32,980 nucleotides of DNA from Kiritimatiellia bacterium. GTDB lineage: Bacteria > Verrucomicrobiota > Kiritimatiellia > CAIVKH01. The stretch covers positions 1 to 32,980 of the forward strand of contig JBMTVS010000003.1 of the NCBI GenBank assembly GCA_049451655.1, read 5' to 3'. A model generated the notes under the pieces. It saw only the letters and a program-made list of their open reading frames with translations, was not told the origin of the DNA and did no database searches. This document shows positions 1 through 8,442 of this stretch, one piece after another (the stretch's first letter is position 1; the number at the start of each line of letters is the position of its first letter). The position numbers and the translations under genes are program-made.

Positions 1-406
1 GGTGGAACTGTTCGACGGCTCGTACCACGATGTTGACTCCAGCGACGTCGCGTTCCAGGAAGCCGCGCGCATGGCCTTTAAAGATCTTTTCATGAAGTCG
101 CAGCCGGAACTGCTCGAGCCGATCATGTCAGTGGAAGTGGTCACCCCGGAAGAATTCATGGGCGCAGTCACGGGTTCGATTGGCCAGCGCCGCGGACGTA
201 TTGAGTCCATGGAGCAGAAGGGCAACGCCAAGGTGATTCAGTGTATGGTGCCGCTCTCCGAAATGTTCGGTTATGCCAACAACCTCCGTACCCTCACGCA
301 GGGTCGCGCCGGTTTCAGCATGCAGTTTGAGCATTACGAAGCCGTGCCGTTCAGCCTTGCCCAGGAAATCATCGAGAAGCGCCGCGCCGCGAACAAAATT
401 CGTTAA
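1..406 (+). CDS. fusA: Elongation factor G, C-terminal part (domains IV-V), truncated by the window edge
   Basis: [35 protein letters not shown] and LRTLTQGRA are EF-G motifs; TAA at 404-406. Confidence 0.95.
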   Translation, partial: VELFDGSYHDVDSSDVAFQEAARMAFKDLFMKSQPELLEPIMSVEVVTPEEFMGAVTGSIGQRRGRIESMEQKGNAKVIQCMVPLSEMFGYANNLRTLTQGRAGFSMQFEHYEAVPFSLAQEIIEKRRAANKIR

Positions 407-447
407 CGATTTTTGATTTTCGACTGCGAATTTGCGATTGATGACCC

Positions 448-480
448 GGCGGGAAGGTCTTCGACTTTTCCCGCCCCTTT
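448..480 (+). terminator. Probable intrinsic terminator hairpin after fusA
   Basis: GGCGGGAA (448-455) pairs with TTCCCGCC (468-475); short CCTTT tail. Confidence 0.55.
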
Positions 481-508
481 CGCAAAAGGCGTTTCATGGG
501 CGCGAGTC

Positions 509-539
509 TTGACTTCAATGCGGGCGGGAAGTACATCTT
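509..539 (+). promoter_or_regulatory. Putative sigma70 promoter for tRNA-Gln
   Basis: TTGACT (509-514), 17 nt, then TACATCTT; the -10 match is imperfect. Confidence 0.45.
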
Positions 540-553
540 AAAACTTTGAGCGC

Positions 554-627
554 TGCCCGATGGTGTAATGGTAGCACAAGTGACTCTGAATCACTTTGTT
601 AAGGTTCAAATCCTTATCGGGCAACCA
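554..627 (+). tRNA. tRNA-Gln (anticodon CUG)
   Basis: Cloverleaf: acceptor TGCCCGA/TCGGGCA with U1-A72, anticodon arm AGTGA-CTCTGAA-TCACT (CTG at 586-588), T arm TAAGG-TTCAAAT-CCTTA, encoded CCA. Confidence 0.97.
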
Positions 628-639
628 TCTTGAATCGCC

Positions 640-1380
640 ATGAAGGCCCTTTATTTCGCTTTACTTGTGGTTGTTTTCACCCTGCCGGGTTGGGCGCTGG
701 AGGTTTATCCTGTTCCTATAGGTGGTTTGTACCCGCCAACCACCGATTCCAGCGCATTGCTTGATGTGCGGCTTGCCCGTCCGGGTCCCCCGCCAACCGC
801 CACGCGTGCCCGCGAATTGCTTTGGAGCATCCGTGATGGCTTGCAATTAAGCCGCATCATTGACGATTCCCGGTACCGCGAATACCTCACGTTCGAACTG
901 AATGAATTGGTGGATTACGCGCAAGCAACCTCGGGCGATCAAAAGGCCTGGACGGTTTTGGGGGTCCGGTATATTCAGGACCGGCAATATGACGCTGCCT
1001 TTGTAGCGATGTCGCATGCTCGCGCGATTGATCCCTCGGATATTCGTAGCGCGGAAATATTTTCCGCGGTGCTGGTGATAAACGATCACATTGAGCGGGC
1101 TACGCAGGAAAACCGGCGCATGCTGGATGCCATGCCTGATAATGTGACCATACGCTTTAATTTGGTCTGTGCGCTTTCTTTAAACGGCGATTATGACGAA
1201 GCGCTACATCATCTGGAGTTTTTGGCTTTGTCCGGCTGGGATGAGTTGATTTACAACCTTTACGATCGCGATCTGGACAACCTGGTCGCTCTCCCCGGGT
1301 TCGACGCATTGCTTGACCGCACGGTTGAGCATCGTCTTCAAGCCTTGCGGCAAGCGCTTATCGCATCCGGCCGCAAGTAA
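640..1380 (+). CDS. Exported TPR-repeat protein
   Basis: Signal-peptide-like N-terminus (MKALYFALLVVVFTLPGWA); TPR-like helices (AWTVLGVRY...AIDP; IRFNLVCALSLNGDYDEAL). Confidence 0.75.
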   Translation: MKALYFALLVVVFTLPGWALEVYPVPIGGLYPPTTDSSALLDVRLARPGPPPTATRARELLWSIRDGLQLSRIIDDSRYREYLTFELNELVDYAQATSGDQKAWTVLGVRYIQDRQYDAAFVAMSHARAIDPSDIRSAEIFSAVLVINDHIERATQENRRMLDAMPDNVTIRFNLVCALSLNGDYDEALHHLEFLALSGWDELIYNLYDRDLDNLVALPGFDALLDRTVEHRLQALRQALIASGRK

Positions 1381-1387
1381 CTAATCA

Positions 1388-2836
1388 TCAGGTTCCGCCT
1401 GGCGTGATTTGCATCTGCTCGCGGGCTTTGCGCGCAAGTCGCTCTTCGAATAGTTTGCCGCCCGGGGTCAGTTGAGCCGGGCGAAAAGCAGGCTGCTGAT
1501 AGACTTGGTAGACCACCCGCACGGGGGCGATTTCGAGCGCTACATCCAGCAGTCCGAGTGCGCGCTCTTCGTTACCTTCTTCTGCGTGAAGTAGCGCTGC
1601 ATCCAGCACGGGTTGCGGCCACGCGGGATCAACGGTTATGGCTTGTTGGAGGCGATAAAGTGCGCTGTCGCGATCGTTGGCTATCACCTCCAGGATAGCG
1701 AGTTCGCGGTAGGCGCGAGCATCATCGGGCGCGGTGCGGATACAGGTTTCGAACTGGCGACGAGCATCATCTGCACGACCCATTCGCTGATAAACCAGAC
1801 CGATGTTAAACTTGGGATCCTGCGCTTTCGGTTCCGCTTGCAGCGCGGCTTCAAAATTTTCGAGCGCCTTTTGCGTTTGTCCGGCATACAGGTGTGCCAC
1901 GCCTAGATCATTCAACAACTCGCCAAATTCGGTAGCGGAAGTAAGCGCGGCCTCGAAAAAGCTGATGGCTTTCTGATAGCGGCGCAAAACCAGCAGAAGG
2001 CGTCCGGCCTGCTGGTTGGCGTAGGACATTTGCGGATATAACTCAAGCGCCTCATAATAATGCGCCAAAGCATCTTCGAGCGCGCCCTTGGTCGTGTCAG
2101 CATCTGCTTCCCGCACCAGAAACATGACCCTCGACATGGCATCCTGCGGATCGAGTTTTTCGGTTTTTCCGAAGGGCAATAATCCATCGAAATCCCGCCA
2201 GGACTTTCTGTTCATCCCGAACATGTCGAGAATCGAGGGCATCGAGGATTGGCCAACGCTGGCCGTGATGCTGCGTTGGCCGGACAGGACGCGACGCCAA
2301 TCCTGCCGAATACTCTCTTCCGGCGAGGGTGCCAGCACCGCCTGCAGGTCGGGTGGAACGGCTTTCGATGCATCCGCTGCAGGGGGCGGTAAAGGGATGA
2401 TCTCCTCATTGCTGAGCATGAACTGTGCACGGGTATAGGGCGTGAAAATCGGGGATAAATCGCTTCGCCGTTTTGCTGAAGCAATAGCATCCTCGACCGG
2501 TTCTGACGCGGGCTTGTCCGCCTCGACGGACGGGGACATAGCTTGATGCGGCTTGCTCAAAAGGTCCCCGGGTTGAATGTCCAACATGATGGGAGAGCTA
2601 ATCACGGCGTTAGGCTTTATTGGTTTATCCGGATTAACGGATAAACTGGAGTCGCCGCCTGAAGATGACTGCGCCACATCTTCTATGTCCCCGTTCCGCG
2701 TGAGCAGGTAGATGGTGATTGTGGCGATGACTACGACCAGTACCAAAGATAACAGTTTTTTGGTGTATCCCTTTGTGGTGGAATCGGTTCTGATAACTGC
2801 TGCCTGACGGATTGGTGGGCGACGGGACGGGGACAT
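1388..2836 (-). CDS. Membrane-anchored TPR-repeat protein
   Basis: N-terminal TM segment (LLSLVLVVVIATITIYLL), low-complexity linker, multiple C-terminal TPRs (LLNDLGVAHLYAGQ...A; FNIGLVYQRMG). Confidence 0.8.
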   Translation of the reverse strand: MSPSRRPPIRQAAVIRTDSTTKGYTKKLLSLVLVVVIATITIYLLTRNGDIEDVAQSSSGGDSSLSVNPDKPIKPNAVISSPIMLDIQPGDLLSKPHQAMSPSVEADKPASEPVEDAIASAKRRSDLSPIFTPYTRAQFMLSNEEIIPLPPPAADASKAVPPDLQAVLAPSPEESIRQDWRRVLSGQRSITASVGQSSMPSILDMFGMNRKSWRDFDGLLPFGKTEKLDPQDAMSRVMFLVREADADTTKGALEDALAHYYEALELYPQMSYANQQAGRLLLVLRRYQKAISFFEAALTSATEFGELLNDLGVAHLYAGQTQKALENFEAALQAEPKAQDPKFNIGLVYQRMGRADDARRQFETCIRTAPDDARAYRELAILEVIANDRDSALYRLQQAITVDPAWPQPVLDAALLHAEEGNEERALGLLDVALEIAPVRVVYQVYQQPAFRPAQLTPGGKLFEERLARKAREQMQITPGGT

Positions 2837-3247
2837 AGACGTAACCTAGCGCAGGCCGATCAGCTCCAGTTGGACTTGCAGTCGTTCGGACGAGCCTCGC
2901 CGGGATGGGGACACAGAAATAGTGACCACCCGTAAAGGAGGTTGTGCGGTGGCGCATGCCTCAAGAAAACCGGCAAGGGGGGCAGATTCCACATCTTCGA
3001 GACGCACGTCGTAATGCTCCAGCACGCGACCATCGATTTCGGTGCTTGCCCGCGTCTGGATGTCGGGCTGAGCTCCGGGCAGGTGCGCCCGCAGCATATC
3101 CGCCAGATTGGGCGCGCCTTCAGGCGCACTGGCCAATGCACGGGCGATGGCGGTTTGTCGTGTATGCTCACCGGCCTTCAGTTCCTGCAATGTATTCCAT
3201 TGCGCACGGCGATTTTCGATTTGCCGCCGTTTATCGGCTATGTCCCC
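2532..3247. repeat. Cluster of five GGGGACAYAG motifs
   Basis: 2532-2541(+), 2683-2692(-), 2829-2838(+), 2907-2916(+, GGGGACACAG), 3238-3247(-). Confidence 0.85.
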
Positions 3248-3334
3248 GCACGAACGCGCCGTAATCAGCAAGGCAGCTGCGGTCATAGCTGTTGCCATGT
3301 AAACCGGCCATGATGAGGCGAGCCTCCCTTTCAT
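2846..3334 (-). CDS. Type II secretion GspM-like protein
   Basis: N-terminal TM, coiled segment and ferredoxin-like C-terminus (VRLEDV...LAGFL...LRVVTISVSP); ATGA overlap with the upstream gspL-like gene; position after gspK-L. Confidence 0.55.
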   Translation of the reverse strand: MKGRLASSWPVYMATAMTAAALLITARSCGDIADKRRQIENRRAQWNTLQELKAGEHTRQTAIARALASAPEGAPNLADMLRAHLPGAQPDIQTRASTEIDGRVLEHYDVRLEDVESAPLAGFLEACATAQPPLRVVTISVSPSRRGSSERLQVQLELIGLR

Positions 3335-4740
3335 GGAGCGGCCTCCCCTGTAACCGTGAAAAGAAAACGCCCATCTTCATCGACCCCGCCGGGATCAACC
3401 GCGGATGTCCATTGCTCCTGCTTCAACAATGCGACCAGATGATCGGCCTCGACTGCGCTGGCGGCCCGGCCGCGCAGCGATACCCGCTTGGGCCCGACCG
3501 ACATGGATTCCAGTTCAACCTCCCGCACGTGGGCCAAGCGCAACAACTGATAGAACAATGGATGAGCGCCCTGACCCAACCACATCGAGATGATTTCACT
3601 CGAATCCTGCGCCTGCTTAACATGTTGCTGCGCCACAAACTCCTCCTGGCCGCGCGGGACCGATGGCAGGCCGGTAATTTCGCGCGCGGTTTGCTGCACC
3701 AGCTCCTGCCATTGCCGGTGCGTGGAGTTAACCAGCCAGCTTGATACCGTCGATGCTAGCAACAAAGCGATTGCACTCGCGGTAACCCAGGCCGCGGCGT
3801 GCCGGATTTGCCGCTGCACCAGACGCCTTAGGTTCGGATGCGTGGCTTTACCCGAACGCAAGTTGCCGCTCCATTCATCGCCAACCAATGCCGATGCGGC
3901 GAGAGATCGAACCAGTCCGGTTTCAGGATGCGGACAAATACTCCATGCGTCCGGCTTTATATCGAGAGCTACACGCAGCGAGTCGGCATGTTCACGGGCT
4001 AGAGCACCAGCGACCAGAAAGCGGGGTTTTTCCATTCCGGGCTCGCGCGCTATACCGGCAAGAAAGGGCCGTAACCGGGCCATCAGTTTGCTGCGGGCTG
4101 TTTCACTACCGTCCCAAACCAGCCGGGCGCTAAAGGTCGATAGAGGTGCAGCATCCCGGCCCGCAACTGCCACCACGCGATCACGCCCCAGGTATAGTGC
4201 GACATGAGGTCCAGTCGCATGAACGTCCTCCCCCTCCGTGATGGTCATCCGCCAGAGCAACAGCGCTTCTTGCTCCATCCATTCCGGATCCAGTGACATG
4301 ACGCGCAGTTCTTGCAACGTAGCTTCAAGCCGCTCGTCCGGCACCGCCACTGCAACGGCCCGGGCACCGGTGCTGCCGGGTCGCCGGGTGAGGTTTACAA
4401 ATGCGCAAGCGCATCGTTCCACGGGCACCGGCAGCTCCACGTCGAGCCGTGAAGGCAGTACGGAACGTGCTTTGGACAATGAGGAAAAAGGCACTTCCAG
4501 CGAACGCATGAAACTGTCACGCGTCAACACCATCGCGGAGAGCAAAGCCTTGCCCTCTCGCTGTTCACGGGCAATCGTTTCGGCCAGCGACGGCCACGAT
4601 GCATCGGTGGCGGGATCAATGTCGCGGCCCAACACGTCAAACGCGATTCGCCCGCGCCGCCGAATTGCCCGCGCCACGGTAATCCGGCCACCACTCATTT
4701 CAACGCCGTAGGCCGCGCCCACCTGGATACGTTGGATCAT
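3331..4740 (-). CDS. Type II secretion GspL/PilM-N-like protein
   Basis: Actin-like cytoplasmic domain (YGVEMSGGRITVA; RSLEVPFSS...ELPVP), one TM, periplasmic PilN-like tail (ELESMSVGPKRVSLRG); 1-nt TGATG overlap with gspK. Confidence 0.65.
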   Translation of the reverse strand: MIQRIQVGAAYGVEMSGGRITVARAIRRRGRIAFDVLGRDIDPATDASWPSLAETIAREQREGKALLSAMVLTRDSFMRSLEVPFSSLSKARSVLPSRLDVELPVPVERCACAFVNLTRRPGSTGARAVAVAVPDERLEATLQELRVMSLDPEWMEQEALLLWRMTITEGEDVHATGPHVALYLGRDRVVAVAGRDAAPLSTFSARLVWDGSETARSKLMARLRPFLAGIAREPGMEKPRFLVAGALAREHADSLRVALDIKPDAWSICPHPETGLVRSLAASALVGDEWSGNLRSGKATHPNLRRLVQRQIRHAAAWVTASAIALLLASTVSSWLVNSTHRQWQELVQQTAREITGLPSVPRGQEEFVAQQHVKQAQDSSEIISMWLGQGAHPLFYQLLRLAHVREVELESMSVGPKRVSLRGRAASAVEADHLVALLKQEQWTSAVDPGGVDEDGRFLFTVTGEAAP

Positions 4741-5993
4741 CAGTAACTGGCCCTCACGATGTGCACCTCGCCCTCATCGGAGCGGCGGGCGACCACTTCG
4801 ATGCGCTCGGATCGCCCATCGCGATAAGCGGCGGATTGAATCAAAAACCACTCGCTGCGCATGGCGAGATAAGGAGCAAGGCGGGCATATTGAATCTCGC
4901 CAAGATCATGTGCGATGAAATCGAGACGGCTGATCGGTCCCTCGCGCCGGCGCGCGACAATACTTTCGACCACTGGTTCGCCGCCCAGTCCGATCAATCC
5001 CAGCAAGGCATCGGGCGAGGCGGTGTTGACGTTCAGCGGAATGACGCGGTCGCGCGGCGCGGGAATGATGGTGACGGCATCTACAAGTTCGCCGGCGAAC
5101 ATCCGGAGCCGGGATCGTGAAAGATCCCGTTCGAACATATCGGCATCCCACCCTTCGACCGCGAACAACTCATCGAAACCATAAAGTATCCGCCCGGCGG
5201 TTTGATAGGCGGGTTCCCGCTTCGCGTAATGATTGTTTTCGTACGTGCCTTCCCGGTCCGAATCGATCCAGTCTCGCAGAGCATCCACCTGCAAGCCTGG
5301 CGTAAAAATGCCGCAGGCATTCATGATGACGCGTAGCGCGTCATTAGGGCGAAGGCTTTCACCGGTCACCTCAACAGCGAGGTTGTTCATGTCGAACTTG
5401 GCCGTCATGTCTTCTACCCGCAGGATACGTTCGATACCGGACGGATCCGTGGATTCGCGCGGTTGCGCCCAGTCTTCGCTCCCGTGATCAACGGTCAGGT
5501 CGTCGTCATCGGCCAACATCTGGAGTGCAAATCGAGCCTCGTCCAGTGCGGCTAAACGTAACTGCTCACGATGCATCATCCGCGATGCACCTGCCTGGGA
5601 GGCACGAGCGCTGGTTATTACGTGAACCGAAAGCGTGGAAAGAATTCCCATCAAAACAAGAGCCATGACCAGGATGCTACCGCTCTGATTTCCTGGTCGG
5701 CTTTCATCCTCGGCATAAATACGTGCCTTCTGCCGGTTGGAACCATGACGACGCTGCCAAGTGGCCGAACGCCTGGTCCGTAATTGCTCCGGCAGGATGA
5801 AGAAAAGATATTGCGCTAGTAAAAGGAGTCCGCCCGCGCCCAAATAGACCGCAGAAATACGAAGAAAACGACCCTGTTCATGTGCCATGCGAGCGAGCGC
5901 CAACAAGCCGAACAATGCTGCGATGGCTACACAAATAAGCCCAAGGACCAACAAGAGGATATTTATTCTGCGTCTATATTTACGAAACGACAT
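4740..5993 (-). CDS. gspK: Type II secretion minor pseudopilin GspK with a long N-terminal extension
   Basis: QSG/SILVMALVLMGILSTL prepilin helix; DHGSEDWA, EDMTAKFDMNNL, DALRDWIDSD, LNVNTASPDAL (HhH). Start placed at ATG 5993 because the TTG at 6044 lies in the putative -35 box. Confidence 0.85.
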   Translation of the reverse strand: MSFRKYRRRINILLLVLGLICVAIAALFGLLALARMAHEQGRFLRISAVYLGAGGLLLLAQYLFFILPEQLRTRRSATWQRRHGSNRQKARIYAEDESRPGNQSGSILVMALVLMGILSTLSVHVITSARASQAGASRMMHREQLRLAALDEARFALQMLADDDDLTVDHGSEDWAQPRESTDPSGIERILRVEDMTAKFDMNNLAVEVTGESLRPNDALRVIMNACGIFTPGLQVDALRDWIDSDREGTYENNHYAKREPAYQTAGRILYGFDELFAVEGWDADMFERDLSRSRLRMFAGELVDAVTIIPAPRDRVIPLNVNTASPDALLGLIGLGGEPVVESIVARRREGPISRLDFIAHDLGEIQYARLAPYLAMRSEWFLIQSAAYRDGRSERIEVVARRSDEGEVHIVRASY

Positions 5994-6015
5994 ATGGAAC
6001 TGAATGATTGATCGG

Positions 6016-6044
6016 ATTATGCCCCACGCATTTTTGTTGGCCAA
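6016..6044 (-). promoter_or_regulatory. Putative sigma70 promoter for the gspK-L-M operon
   Basis: Minus strand TTGGCC-N17-CATAAT. Confidence 0.55.
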
Positions 6045-6058
6045 TCGTTTTTAATCCG

Positions 6059-6088
6059 TTGCGCGTGGTCACGGGCTCACCGCATACT
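6059..6088 (+). promoter_or_regulatory. Putative promoter for pdxB (leaderless spacing)
   Basis: TTGCGC-N18-CATACT, 6 nt before ATG 6095. Confidence 0.45.
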
Positions 6089-6094
6089 ATCACC

Positions 6095-7258
6095 ATGATC
6101 GGTACGCAATCATCATCGCGTTCATTAAATATCCTGTGCGCCACCAGTGTGGCGGCCGGCGAGGAGGCATTCAGCTCGCTGGGAAACGTTACCATGATGC
6201 CCGAGTCGGAAATCCGGGCCGGGGCATTGCGTGATGTTGATGTGTTGATAACGCGCTCGAAGGTAAAGGTGAACGATGAGTTGCTTCGCGGCAGTAATCT
6301 CCAATTTTACGGCACCGCGACCGCCGGATCAGACCATGTGGATGAGGCCGCGTTGGCCGCGCGGGGAATTACCTGGAGCGAGGCTGCGGGTTGTAATGCC
6401 CGAAGTGTTGCCGAATACGTGATCGCCTCGCTGGCCCACCTCGGCAGGAAGCGAACTATATCGTGGCGTGATCGCACGCTTGCGATCATCGGGGCCGGGC
6501 ATGTTGGTTCATGTCTCGGTGTTTTAGCCAAGGCTCTGGGTTTGCGGGTTCGTTATTGTGACCCACCCTTGGCTGAGCGCACCGGCGAGACGCGTTATGA
6601 GTCCCTCGATGATGTATTAGCGGGTGCGGATCTTGTCAGCCTGCATGTGCCACTGACCGATTCAGGACGCCATGCTACCCGCGGCATGGTGAATCAGCGT
6701 TTCCTGAACATGATGAAGCCCGGAGCCATATTCATCAATAGTTCGCGCGGCGAGGTGGTGGCGGACGAGTCCGAATTAATCGCGCGTCGGGCCGACGGGC
6801 GATTCGGTGGATTGGTTCTTGATGTTTATCACCATGAACCAGCGATTATGCCGGAGTTGATCGAGGCGGCCGATCTGGCTACCCCGCACATTGCCGGATA
6901 CTCGCTGGATGGACGTCTGATGGGTACACAGATGATTTACGAGGCCGCCTGTCGCCATTTTGGGCGCGAGCCGCGTTGGCACATGTCGGCGGATGAAGCA
7001 CCCAGGTCGCTGGCCGTTCCCTTGTCTCATGCCGGGTCTGATGACCTGCTGCACTCGACTATTCTGGCCGCCTATGATCCCTGGACTGATCATACCGCTC
7101 TAAAAAAAGGCGTCACGAATCCGTCGAGTCTGGCGCAACATTTCAGCGCGCTGCGGGCCAATTATCCCGACCGTCGCTCGTTTACCCGGTTCGCCACGGA
7201 GCTTGAGCGCGAGCCCCGACTGGCCATCCTGGGGTTCGCGGGGCGGGAACGATCGTGA
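6095..7258 (+). CDS. pdxB: Erythronate-4-phosphate dehydrogenase
   Basis: ITRSKVKVNDELL, GTATAGSDHVD, GCNARSVAEYV, GAGHVG, LHVPLT, INSSRGEVV, TPHIAGYSLDG. Confidence 0.93.
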   Translation: MIGTQSSSRSLNILCATSVAAGEEAFSSLGNVTMMPESEIRAGALRDVDVLITRSKVKVNDELLRGSNLQFYGTATAGSDHVDEAALAARGITWSEAAGCNARSVAEYVIASLAHLGRKRTISWRDRTLAIIGAGHVGSCLGVLAKALGLRVRYCDPPLAERTGETRYESLDDVLAGADLVSLHVPLTDSGRHATRGMVNQRFLNMMKPGAIFINSSRGEVVADESELIARRADGRFGGLVLDVYHHEPAIMPELIEAADLATPHIAGYSLDGRLMGTQMIYEAACRHFGREPRWHMSADEAPRSLAVPLSHAGSDDLLHSTILAAYDPWTDHTALKKGVTNPSSLAQHFSALRANYPDRRSFTRFATELEREPRLAILGFAGRERS

Positions 7259-7301
7259 GCAGGGGGCGCCCGCCATCATCCCCAAGGGCCGTGTGCATGG
7301 T

Positions 7302-7333
7302 TTGACGCCGCTCCCTTCGCGGTGCTATATCTT
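7302..7333 (+). promoter_or_regulatory. Putative promoter for the ABC ATPase-GGDEF-pdxJ-nnr unit
   Basis: TTGACG (7302-7307) then TGCTATATCTT, ending 6 nt before ATG 7340. Confidence 0.5.
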
Positions 7334-7339
7334 CCCGCC

Positions 7340-8440
7340 ATGGCCAAAGTCATTTTAGAAAACGTACACAAGATCTATCCAGGCAACGTGGTCGCGGTAA
7401 AAGACGCCAATCTCGAGATCGAGGATCGCGAGTTCGTTGTGCTGGTGGGACCTTCCGGTTGCGGCAAGTCCACCACCTTGCGCATGGTGGCCGGTCTCGA
7501 GGAAATCTCGCAGGGCAGCATCTACATCGATGGTAAAAAGGTGAACGATGTTCCGCCGAAGGATCGTGATATCGCGATGGTTTTCCAGAATTATGCCCTC
7601 TACCCGCACATGTCGGTCTACAAGAATATGGCCTTCGGGTTGAAGCTGCGCGGCTTCCCCAAAGCGGAAATCGACCAGCGCGTGCGCGAGGCGGCGGAGA
7701 TTTTGAGCATCGAGGAGCTCCTCGATCGCAAGCCCAAGGCTCTCTCCGGCGGACAGCGCCAGCGCGTGGCGGTCGGCCGGGCCATCGTGCGCAAGCCCAA
7801 GGCCTTTCTGTTTGACGAGCCTTTGTCCAATCTCGATGCGAAAATGCGCGTACAGATGCGCATGGAGATAAGCAAGTTACACACCCGGCTTTCCTCCACC
7901 ATGATTTATGTGACCCACGACCAGGTCGAAGCCATGACCATGGGTGATCGCATCGTCGTCATGAAGGACGGTTTGATTCAACAAGTCGCCGAGCCGCTCG
8001 AACTTTACGACCGCCCGGCGAATCAGTTCGTCGCCGGCTTCATTGGCAGTCCGCCCATGAACTTTTTTCGAGGCAAGCTTGAAAAAAGAACCGGTGGGAT
8101 ATGGTTTGTGGCCGGCGGTATAGCGCTGCGTCTGGACGATCTTCACGCAAGCCGTCTGGCCGATCTGGCTGGAAGTGAAATCGTATTCGGCATACGGCCC
8201 GAGGATATTGCCGACACCTTGTACGTGACCCAACCAAACCCTGACCAGCAACTAAAGGCACAAGTGGAGGTGGTTGAACCTATGGGAGCAGAGATTTATT
8301 TGTATCTCGGCACGCACGGTCAATCCTTCATCGCACGCGTTGGTGCCGCCCAATCCGTCTCGCCCAATCAGGAACTCACCCTGGTCATGAACATGAAAAA
8401 GGCGCACTTTTTTGATCCAACCAGCGGGAGCGCCCGCTAA
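7340..8440 (+). CDS. MalK/UgpC/MsmX-type sugar ABC transporter ATP-binding protein
   Basis: Walker A GPSGCGKST, VFQNYALYPHM, LSGGQRQRVA, FDEPLSNLDAK, YVTHDQVEAM, C-terminal TOBE (VEVVEPMG). Confidence 0.95.
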   Translation: MAKVILENVHKIYPGNVVAVKDANLEIEDREFVVLVGPSGCGKSTTLRMVAGLEEISQGSIYIDGKKVNDVPPKDRDIAMVFQNYALYPHMSVYKNMAFGLKLRGFPKAEIDQRVREAAEILSIEELLDRKPKALSGGQRQRVAVGRAIVRKPKAFLFDEPLSNLDAKMRVQMRMEISKLHTRLSSTMIYVTHDQVEAMTMGDRIVVMKDGLIQQVAEPLELYDRPANQFVAGFIGSPPMNFFRGKLEKRTGGIWFVAGGIALRLDDLHASRLADLAGSEIVFGIRPEDIADTLYVTQPNPDQQLKAQVEVVEPMGAEIYLYLGTHGQSFIARVGAAQSVSPNQELTLVMNMKKAHFFDPTSGSAR

Positions 8441-8442
8441 CC

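Noticed and set aside
554-1380. tRNA as an integration site for an island
   Set aside because: No integrase in the window and no duplicated tRNA 3' end seen
2532-3247. Motif cluster as a CRISPR array
   Set aside because: Repeats are only 10-11 bp, in both orientations, irregularly spaced and inside genes; no cas genes
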